Of a stretch of 10,792 nt of DNA, positions 1 through 5,618 are shown in pieces. Origin of the DNA: Thermovirgaceae bacterium (GTDB lineage Bacteria; Synergistota; Synergistia; Synergistales; Thermovirgaceae); assembly GCA_046542505.1 (NCBI GenBank), contig JBKHBH010000076.1:1-10792 (forward strand), given 5' to 3'. Every line of letters begins with the position of its first letter. The first letter of the stretch is position 1. The notes under the pieces are model-generated. The model did no database searches. It was not told the DNA's origin and saw only the letters and a list, made by a program, of their open reading frames with translations. A program made the translations under genes and the position numbers.

Positions 1-54
1 CTGGAGCAGGCGCTGTACGCCCGGGAAGACGCAAAAGGCCTGATCCATCACAGC
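1..54 (+). pseudogene. IS3-family transposase (OrfB, DDE/rve core) fragment, truncated
   Basis: Frame +1 from base 1 reads LEQALYAREDAKGLIHHS-ASGCLL...*. This matches the IS3-family pattern 'ALEQALxxR...GLIHHSDRGSQY', but the catalytic Asp of HHSD and the following RGxQY are lost. The frame stops at TGA 118-120. Confidence 0.75.
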
Positions 55-60
55 GCCAGT

Positions 61-96
61 GGGTGTTTATTGCAAACTGAAAACGTCCGCACACCC
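61..96. repeat. 36-bp segment bounded by 6-bp inverted repeats (GGGTGT/ACACCC) at the junction of the IS3 and integrase remnants
   Basis: GGGTGT at 61-66 and ACACCC at 91-96. IS3 similarity ends just left of it and integrase similarity ends just right of it. No flanking target duplication is visible. Confidence 0.35.
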
Positions 97-97
97 G

Positions 98-298
98 ATA
101 CTCAAGAAGGGCTTTCCTGAGGTTTTCGTCACCGAGATCAACTGAAAATTTTTTGAAGAATCTCGATGCATGCTTTTCGTAATCCTTGAGAGTTCTCGAG
201 CTTATGCCTTCGCCACGTTTATACAGAAGGAAATACTCAAGAGCTTCCTGCCACCTAAGACAAACCGATTTCGAAGGGAAAGGCACTACATTTGACAT
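98..298 (-). pseudogene. Tyrosine recombinase/phage integrase N-terminal (SAM-like core-binding) domain, disrupted
   Basis: From ATG 298 on the minus strand: MSNVVPFPSKSVCLRWQEALEYFLLYKRGEGISSRTLKDYEKHASRFFKKFSVDLGDENLRKALLEY. The 'F-L-x-x-K-x-x-x-G-x-S-x-R-T-L-x-x-Y' pattern is typical of integrase N-termini. A G-rich SD (AGGGGGG, 311-305) lies 6 nt upstream. After LLEY the frame stays open to the window edge but runs into the antisense of the IS3 fragment. It sits just downstream of a tRNA 3' end, in the same orientation. Confidence 0.75.
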
Positions 299-300
299 TA

Positions 301-344
301 CAAACCCCCCTAACATTTTTCTGGGGTCGATTTAGGGGGTTTTG
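301..344 (-). promoter_or_regulatory. Hairpin that sequesters the integrase Shine-Dalgarno
   Basis: CAAACCCCCCTAA (301-313) and TTAGGGGGTTTTG (332-344) are inverted repeats with 12 of 13 pairs. One arm contains the SD G-run. Confidence 0.55.
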
Positions 345-386
345 CGAATCCGCTGGATTTGTGAAAATTCAACCCCAGCGGATTCG
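345..386. repeat. Perfect 12-bp inverted repeat with an 18-nt loop
   Basis: CGAATCCGCTGG (345-356) and CCAGCGGATTCG (375-386). Confidence 0.8.
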
Positions 387-410
387 ACGACGAAAAAGCG
401 ATGTTTCAGG

Positions 411-455
411 AAGAAAAAAGGGTTCCCCGAACATTGTGGATGTCGGGAAACCCTT
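411..455 (-). terminator. Rho-independent terminator downstream of tRNA-Leu
   Basis: Stem AAGGGTTCCCCGA (418-430) / TCGGGAAACCCTT (443-455). On the minus strand it ends in TTTTTTCTT. Confidence 0.7.
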
Positions 456-468
456 GGTGTTACTGGAA

Positions 469-555
469 TGGTGCCGGAGGGGAGACTCGAACTCCCACAG
501 GCCTCTGGCCCGGCGGATTTTGAGTCCGCTGCGTCTACCATTCCGCCACTCCGGC
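469..555 (-). tRNA. tRNA-Leu(CAA)
   Basis: The reverse complement folds as a class II tRNA of 87 nt. Acceptor stem GCCGGAG/CTCCGGC, D arm TGGCGGAATGGTAGACGC, anticodon arm GCGGA-CTCAAAA-TCCGC, long variable arm, T arm GGGAG-TTCGAGT-CTCCC, discriminator A and encoded CCA. Confidence 0.98.
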
Positions 556-564
556 GCAGAAACT

Positions 565-593
565 ATTTTGTTGTGCCCGGTAATGTTTGTCAA
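565..593 (-). promoter_or_regulatory. Sigma70-type promoter of tRNA-Leu
   Basis: Minus strand TTGACA (593-588), 17-nt spacer, CAAAAT (570-565), ending 9 nt before the mature tRNA 5' end. Confidence 0.7.
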
Positions 594-785
594 CCTCGGT
601 ATTCGAACATAATCCCTGCAATTCGCAGGCCCCGGCCTCCGGGTCTTCGTAACTTCCTTTTTTTCGTAAAGACTTCAAGTGTTTCATGAAACCGGCCCAC
701 GTAAGGTGCGGGCTTATACTGGAGCGGGCCTGATGGCGATAAACCGGATTTTTCTATAAGCGAAAAGATCTGAATAGGTATTTTA

Positions 786-794
786 TGATATAAT
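786..794 (+). promoter_or_regulatory. Extended -10 promoter (TGnTATAAT) for the micro-protein gene
   Basis: TGATATAAT at 786-794, a perfect extended -10 in an AT-rich stretch, 31 nt upstream of ATG 826. Confidence 0.65.
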
Positions 795-825
795 ATCCGA
801 AATACCATTTAAAGGGGGAAATGCA

Positions 826-927
826 ATGGGCTGCTGTGGCAAACCAAAAAAAGAAGAAAATAAACCTTGCTGCGGTGAAGAAAAGAAAGATACATGCTCA
901 GAGGAAGAAAAGGAAAAGAAGCAATAA
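826..927 (+). CDS. 33-aa Cys-rich, highly charged micro-protein (metallothionein-like candidate)
   Basis: MGCCGKPKKEENKPCCGEEKKDTCSEEEKEKKQ*. SD AAAGGGGG (811-818) lies 7 nt before the ATG. A promoter lies upstream and a strong hairpin downstream. Two CCG units. Too short for the ORF track. Confidence 0.7.
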   Translation: MGCCGKPKKEENKPCCGEEKKDTCSEEEKEKKQ

Positions 928-964
928 ATCGGCTTTCACGCCGAAAATGAAACCGCAAACATTC

Positions 965-1006
965 AACCAACACGGCAGTCTTCTTGTGAGGACTGCCGTA
1001 TTGGTT
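965..1006 (+). terminator. Long GC-rich hairpin after the micro-protein gene (probable terminator or stabiliser)
   Basis: AACCAA-C-ACGGCAGTCTTC, loop TTGT, GAGGACTGCCGT-A-TTGGTT. The U-tract is weak. Confidence 0.55.
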
Positions 1007-1029
1007 TGTCCCATGGAGTGAAGTACAAT
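1001..1029 (+). promoter_or_regulatory. Putative sigma70 promoter of the thioesterase gene
   Basis: TTGGTT (1001-1006), 17-nt spacer, TACAAT (1024-1029). Confidence 0.4.
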
Positions 1030-1062
1030 GTCCGGTAGGCGCAAAACCTGGAGGCGATAGCT

Positions 1063-1485
1063 GTGGGCCTGAAAGAGATGAACGGTTATAAGGGCTGCTT
1101 CGTCTGTGATCGGAGCGGGAAGAATCCAAAAGCCCTGGGCGTTGCCATTTACTGGAATACCGAGGAGGAACGATCGGAGATACCCTTCACACCAGAGCCT
1201 GAATGGTGTGGTTTCGAAGGGATTGTTCACGGAGGGATTCTCGCGGCCCTTGCCGACGACGCCATGTCCTGGGCGCTGAAACAGGGCGTCGGCGGTTTCG
1301 GCTATACGGCGAACATGTCCGTCCGCTATCTGCGCCCTGTAAAGCTTGGAAGTTCATATACCGCCGTCGGAAACGTCACAAAACAGGAAGGCCGCAAAGT
1401 TCATACCCGGGCCCGGATCATGGATGAATCAGGGAAGATCTGTGTTGACGTGAAAGCACTTTTCGTGATTCCGGAAAAGACTTGA
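1063..1485 (+). CDS. PaaI-family (hotdog-fold) thioesterase
   Basis: N-terminal CFVC..N..LG, GFEGIVHGGILAALADDAM (HGG...D motif) and TANMSVRYLRPV. GTG start with GGAGG at 1050-1054. Confidence 0.9.
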   Translation: MGLKEMNGYKGCFVCDRSGKNPKALGVAIYWNTEEERSEIPFTPEPEWCGFEGIVHGGILAALADDAMSWALKQGVGGFGYTANMSVRYLRPVKLGSSYTAVGNVTKQEGRKVHTRARIMDESGKICVDVKALFVIPEKT

Positions 1486-1559
1486 CCGATGTTGCTGTTA
1501 CTGTGAAATCCGCCGGAGCGGACACCGGCAAAAGAGAACAAAAAAGGAGGGCGACACCT

Positions 1560-2009
1560 ATGAACAGGATTATTCTCAGGCACTATGCTGAAGGCGAATA
1601 TAATTGCGACCCCGTCGTCAAGACGAGGGAGACACTCAAGACCCTGCAGGAACAGCTGGGACCCAAAATGGAAAAGATCGGGTTCCAGGTTGTCATGAAA
1701 GAGGAAAAGCTTCCTGAAAGTGATCCTGAGGGAGAAAACCGCAGGAATCTCATCACCCTGTCCTGTCCGGACCTGGATTTCGAGGAAACACCTCTCGAGG
1801 AAATCGTCGGGGCGGAATCAACAGGTGAAGAGTGTTCCTGTGGCACCGGAAGCTGCAGAACCCTGAAAGTAGAAGGCCAATCCTACCAGGCCGTCCCCCC
1901 GGGACTCATCAGCGACGGGATGCTTCGTGTCGCATTTTCCGCCATGGAAGCCATGGCGGGAGGTGGCTGTGAAAGCTGCTGCAGCGACTGCAGCGGTTGC
2001 GGAATCTAA
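1560..2009 (+). CDS. DUF2703-like protein with Cys-rich C-terminal tail (putative metal/metalloid-binding)
   Basis: Start reassigned to ATG 1560 because AAGGAGG lies at 1544-1550; 149 aa. The motifs PLEEIVG, CSC...CRT and Y..VP..LI recall DUF2703 as I remember the family. It ends in GGGCESCCSDCSGCGI. Confidence 0.65.
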   Translation: MNRIILRHYAEGEYNCDPVVKTRETLKTLQEQLGPKMEKIGFQVVMKEEKLPESDPEGENRRNLITLSCPDLDFEETPLEEIVGAESTGEECSCGTGSCRTLKVEGQSYQAVPPGLISDGMLRVAFSAMEAMAGGGCESCCSDCSGCGI

Positions 2010-2048
2010 AACCCGAAAAGCAGCAAAACATACAAACACGTCAAGTGT

Positions 2049-2082
2049 GAAGGGAGCGCCCGAAAGCGCTCCCTTCTTTTTT
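2049..2082 (+). terminator. Rho-independent terminator
   Basis: GAAGGGAGCG (2049-2058) / CGCTCCCTTC (2067-2076), followed by TTTTTT. Confidence 0.85.
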
Positions 2083-2095
2083 CACAACCCTGTGA

Positions 2096-2104
2096 TGATA
2101 CAAT
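2096..2104 (+). promoter_or_regulatory. Putative extended -10 promoter (TGATACAAT)
   Basis: TG-n-TACAAT just after the terminator and 38 nt before ATG 2143. Confidence 0.45.
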
Positions 2105-2142
2105 GCTGCCAGCACTGGAAAACAGACAGGAAGGTGAAAATC

Positions 2143-2667
2143 ATGACCCCTCCGTGGATCACGACCAAGGGTGGAGACAAAGGGACTACCAGTCTTGGAA
2201 ACGGCGAACGAGTTCCCAAGGATCATCCCCGCGTGGAATTGTACGGGACACTGGATGAATGCCAGGCGGCCATAGGCCTTGCCCGTGCAACAAGCTGCGC
2301 CCGGGAAATCGCCGACGAACTTTTCCGTATCGAGGAGCAACTCGGAAGTGTCATGGGACATCTTGCGCTTTATCCGGGGCTCGGGGAACCATCGCCGGAA
2401 CCCCTTGAAGACTTGATAGAACGTGTCAAGTCGGCAACAGGCGAAACGATGCGTTTCGTCCGTCCCGGCGACACCCTGCCGGGCGCGGCCCTCCACATAG
2501 CCCGGACGATAGCGCGGCGGGCGGAACGCACGGCAGTCAGACTCTACCGGGAAAACGCAATTTCCGAAGGAACCTATGCTTACATCAACAGGCTTTCCGA
2601 CGCCATTTACGCTCTCGCCCTGTGGACCGACCACATCACGTCCGATTGTCAGGACGATCGAAACTGA
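2143..2667 (+). CDS. pduO: ATP:cob(I)alamin adenosyltransferase, PduO type
   Basis: ITTKGGDKGTT, YGTLDE, ARTIARRAER and YINRLSD are the PduO/MMAB signature motifs. Start reassigned to ATG 2143 (SD GGAAGGTG); 174 aa. Confidence 0.93.
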   Translation: MTPPWITTKGGDKGTTSLGNGERVPKDHPRVELYGTLDECQAAIGLARATSCAREIADELFRIEEQLGSVMGHLALYPGLGEPSPEPLEDLIERVKSATGETMRFVRPGDTLPGAALHIARTIARRAERTAVRLYRENAISEGTYAYINRLSDAIYALALWTDHITSDCQDDRN

Positions 2668-2763
2668 CTCTTCTCCCTTCTCTTTTGGCGACGTTCGGGG
2701 CATTTTGTGTATAATGAGCAGAGTATACGAAAAACACCGAAATATTTCCGGGAGGAAAAAAAC

Positions 2764-3462
2764 GTGGCACAGGATCCTCTATCCCCAACGCGAAATGTAG
2801 ACCTTCGGCAAATCGTTTATGAAAAGATCAAGGAAGCCATTGTCGAGGGGCTTATCAAGCCTGGTGAGCGGTTATCCGAAGTGGAGCTTGCCGACAAGCT
2901 CGCCGTGTCGCGGACACCAGTCAGGGAAGCCATCCGCCAGCTCGCACAGACTGGACTCGTGACGCTGGAACCCCGCCGGGGCGCCTATGTAGCCCTTCCG
3001 ACCGTCAAGGATGCCTCGGACCTCTATGAACTCCGCGCCCACCTTGAAGTCCTCGCTGTCCGGCTGGCAGCCAAAAGTCCCCCGATGTCCCTGCTGGAAA
3101 AGTACAGGGCCCTGTTCTCTTCCATGAACGAAGAGACGGGAACAGGCGAATATCTAAATGAAGATCGCAGATTTCATGCCATGCTCTACGAGGCCTCGAA
3201 AAACAAGTACCTCGACACCATGCTGAAGAACATTTCCGACCTTATAAACCTCTGTCGACATTACTCCGTCGAAGGCCTCTCCCTCACGACGCTTGCAGAC
3301 GACCACGTCAAAATCATTGATGCGCTCAGGGGAAAAAACGCGGAAAAGGCCGAACACTTCATGCGGATCCACCTTGAGAGATCTAGGGAGGGCTTGCTCC
3401 AGTATCTTCGGAATCATCCAGACGAGACAGTTGAAGGGAAGAAAAATATCGAGGGCTCCTGA
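2764..3462 (+). CDS. GntR-family transcriptional regulator (FadR/FCD C-terminal domain)
   Basis: Winged HTH LKPGERLSE-like segment plus LAVSRTPVREA; FCD motifs DRRFH, DH..II and MRIHL. GTG 2764 with GGAGG at 2751-2755. TATAAT at 2710-2715 argues against the 2707 start. Confidence 0.93.
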   Translation: MAQDPLSPTRNVDLRQIVYEKIKEAIVEGLIKPGERLSEVELADKLAVSRTPVREAIRQLAQTGLVTLEPRRGAYVALPTVKDASDLYELRAHLEVLAVRLAAKSPPMSLLEKYRALFSSMNEETGTGEYLNEDRRFHAMLYEASKNKYLDTMLKNISDLINLCRHYSVEGLSLTTLADDHVKIIDALRGKNAEKAEHFMRIHLERSREGLLQYLRNHPDETVEGKKNIEGS

Positions 3463-3513
3463 GTAAATAAGCAAATTGCCTGATCAACGCAGCGAATACG
3501 GAGGCAGTCACTC

Positions 3514-4287
3514 ATGGACCTTTCTTTTTTTCTCTACAAACTTGCGAAAAGCGCCCTGGTCCCTCCGGGGCTTTTTGCCACAATTGCCGGGATCCTTTCC
3601 CTCCTTGCCCTGAGAAAACCGAGAAAGCCCTTCCTGGGAGCAGCGTTGCTGGGGTTCGCCGCCGTGCTATGGTTTCTTTCGGCCCCCGTGGGCGAAGGGA
3701 TCCTTCTTGCGCCCCTTGAAGGAGCGTGTCGCCCCTCGCTCCCCCTGGGAGGAAACCCGGTCGTCATGGTCCTGGGTGGAGGAAGCCGCTACGGGGAGTA
3801 CCCCGAAGACGTGGAGCCCGGACCATACACTCTCCAGCGCCTGACAGGGGCATTCTTCATCACTCAATCTCGGGAATGGCCCATACTGGTCACAGGAACC
3901 CGACCCACTGACAGCGGGTACATCTCCGGCCCCCGGGCCATGGCGACGACATTGAGGAAATTGGGTTTCACGGGCGCGATACTTCTTGAGGGAGAATCAC
4001 GAACAACCTGGGAAAATTTCGAAAAATCCGCAAAGCTGATCGACGCGTACGGGTTCGACGCCGTCGTGGTGGTGACCAATGCCTTTCACATGAAGCGGAG
4101 TCTCTGGTGCGCCGAAAAAACCCTCAAAGATGTAAAAATCCATCCTTGGCCCGTGGGAAGACTTTCCGACGCGCGCAGCACGGATGCTTTTGATTTTCTT
4201 CCCGTTTCCCTTCACGACAGTATCCTGGCTCTCCGCGAGTACATGGGCCTCGCCGTTTATCAAATTCTTCACGGTAACCAGATGTAA
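3514..4287 (+). CDS. YdcF/ElyC/SanA family (DUF218) membrane-anchored protein
   Basis: Two N-terminal hydrophobic helices, VMVLGGG, ESRTTWEN, VVTNAFHMKRS and LREYMG. GGAGG at 3500-3504. Confidence 0.9.
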   Translation: MDLSFFLYKLAKSALVPPGLFATIAGILSLLALRKPRKPFLGAALLGFAAVLWFLSAPVGEGILLAPLEGACRPSLPLGGNPVVMVLGGGSRYGEYPEDVEPGPYTLQRLTGAFFITQSREWPILVTGTRPTDSGYISGPRAMATTLRKLGFTGAILLEGESRTTWENFEKSAKLIDAYGFDAVVVVTNAFHMKRSLWCAEKTLKDVKIHPWPVGRLSDARSTDAFDFLPVSLHDSILALREYMGLAVYQILHGNQM

Positions 4288-4295
4288 ACAGGCAG

Positions 4296-5618
4296 CTATT
4301 CGCCTTTGTCTCCCTGGCGGAAACGCTTCCAGAAGCGTGCAAGCCGCCTTGCCATGTTTTTTTCCATCCCCAGGGACCCCGGATAATAAAACCTCCTGTT
4401 TTCCCGCAAATACTGCTGCGGCACCCAATGTTCGGGAGAATGATGAGGGTATCTGTATCCCGCACCATGGGGATCAAGGTGGGGAGGAACCTCCTGGAGG
4501 TCTCCCCCGTCAATGGCCGAAAGGGCTTTGTCCACGGCCAGATAGGCACTGTTGCTCTTGGGTGCCGACGAAAGATAAATGACAGCCTCGGAAAGGATTA
4601 TTCTGGCTTCCGGTAATCCAACCATGTCGGCGGCATAGGCGGCCGAAGCGGCAAGGGTAAGCGCACCCGGGTCAGCAAGGCCGACATCCTCTGAGGCGAA
4701 TATCAAAAGTCGTCTGGCAATGAACCTGAGATCCTCTCCACCGGCAATGAGTCTCGCAAGCCAGTAGACGGACGCATCCGGGTCGGAACCCCGCATGCTT
4801 TTTATCAGCGCCGAAATAGTCCTGTAGTGCTCGTCCTGGTCCCTGTCATACCGCTGGACTGCGGTACGGGTCTGGCCGCGCACCTGTTCGGAGTCGAGAA
4901 AATCTCCACCGGAAGCGGCGACCGACAGGACACCCGCCTCCAGACGGAAGAGAGCCTGCCTCGCATCGCCTCCCGAAAAATGCGCAATCTCCTCCAGCAC
5001 CTCACGCGAGGCTCCGACTCCGAGGTCGGCGACGCCTTTTTCGGAGTCGGCCAGGGCCTTTTCAAGCAACAGGACAATAGAATCAGCATCAAGGGGATGG
5101 AGCTCGAAAACCATCATCCTGGACAAAAGGGTCTTGTTGATTTCGAACCAGGGGGTTTCCGTGGTGGTTCCCGTGAGAATAAGGTCGCCTTTTTCGACGG
5201 AAGGGAGCAGCACATTCTGCTGCTGGCGGTTGAAATGATAAATTTCGTCGACAAACACGACCGCGGCATGGCCGCTTTGCTTCTTGAGTCGCGACGCCTC
5301 CTCCACAAGGCTGCGCAGGCTGGCGACGTTTGCCGTGACGGCGTTGACCTCGAGAAATTCCCGGCCCGTTTCCGATGCCATAATGCGCGCAAGGGTCGTC
5401 TTTCCTACCCCCGGGGGGCCGTAGAGAATGCAGCTGGGAACTTTCCCGGAACGCAAAAGCTTCGCCAGGTGCGAATCCGGGCCCGTCAGATGGGGCTGGC
5501 CGAGGAAACCATCGAGCTTTTGCGGACGCATCCGTTCGGCGAGGGGTATTTCCCATTTCCCTTTTTCTGTTGAAGCCCCGTCTTCGTAGGTCTCCCACAG
5601 GTTTCGTTCACGGCTCAT
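4296..5618 (-). CDS. rarA: Replication-associated recombination protein A (AAA+ ATPase, MgsA/RarA)
   Basis: PLAERMRP, Walker A GPPGVGKT, Walker B VFVDE, GDARQAL, HY..ISALIKSMRGSDPDA, ASEDVGLADP and PKSNSAY. Confidence 0.96.
   Translation of the reverse strand: MSRERNLWETYEDGASTEKGKWEIPLAERMRPQKLDGFLGQPHLTGPDSHLAKLLRSGKVPSCILYGPPGVGKTTLARIMASETGREFLEVNAVTANVASLRSLVEEASRLKKQSGHAAVVFVDEIYHFNRQQQNVLLPSVEKGDLILTGTTTETPWFEINKTLLSRMMVFELHPLDADSIVLLLEKALADSEKGVADLGVGASREVLEEIAHFSGGDARQALFRLEAGVLSVAASGGDFLDSEQVRGQTRTAVQRYDRDQDEHYRTISALIKSMRGSDPDASVYWLARLIAGGEDLRFIARRLLIFASEDVGLADPGALTLAASAAYAADMVGLPEARIILSEAVIYLSSAPKSNSAYLAVDKALSAIDGGDLQEVPPHLDPHGAGYRYPHHSPEHWVPQQYLRENRRFYYPGSLGMEKNMARRLARFWKRFRQGDKGE

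Larger units (their letters stand above)
1..468. mobile_element. Edge of a decayed genomic island/integrative element inserted at the tRNA-Leu(CAA) 3' end
   Basis: Integrase gene start about 170 bp from the tRNA CCA end, plus IS debris. The second att copy is not in the window. Confidence 0.6.

Noticed and set aside
98..242. Direct repeat ATACTCAAGA at 98-107 and 233-242
   Set aside because: It is explained by the integrase coding LEY twice. It is not a CRISPR repeat or an evident att site.
292..319. Plus-strand TTGACA over the integrase start codon as an antisense promoter
   Set aside because: The best -10 (CATTTT at 16-nt spacing) is poor, and the hexamer is explained by the codons ATG TCA A.
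292..689. ORFs 292-612, 332-541, 342-689 and 369-593
   Set aside because: They overlap the tRNA and its terminator and show no protein motifs, so they are shadow ORFs.
688..747. GAAAC...CTGATGG resembling hammerhead ribozyme or fluoride riboswitch cores
   Set aside because: The core is CUGAUGG rather than CUGAnGA, the required stems do not form, and the motif order does not fit the fluoride riboswitch.
821..1021. 66-aa Lys/Arg-rich ORF from ATG 821
   Set aside because: The SD is only 2 nt from this ATG and the ORF runs through the hairpin. The frame starting at 826 has proper spacing and a coherent Cys pattern.
1483..1530. Possible selenocysteine read-through of the thioesterase TGA, with a hairpin at 1512-1529
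   Set aside because: The hotdog domain is already complete. The extension has no redox motif and meets another TGA after six codons.
1927..2142. 72-aa N-terminal extension of the adenosyltransferase
   Set aside because: It overlaps the previous gene and crosses a terminator. PduO motifs begin right after ATG 2143.
2010..2142. Cobalamin riboswitch upstream of the adenosyltransferase
   Set aside because: Only about 60 nt lie between the terminator and the start codon, and no B12-box or GGGAA core is present.
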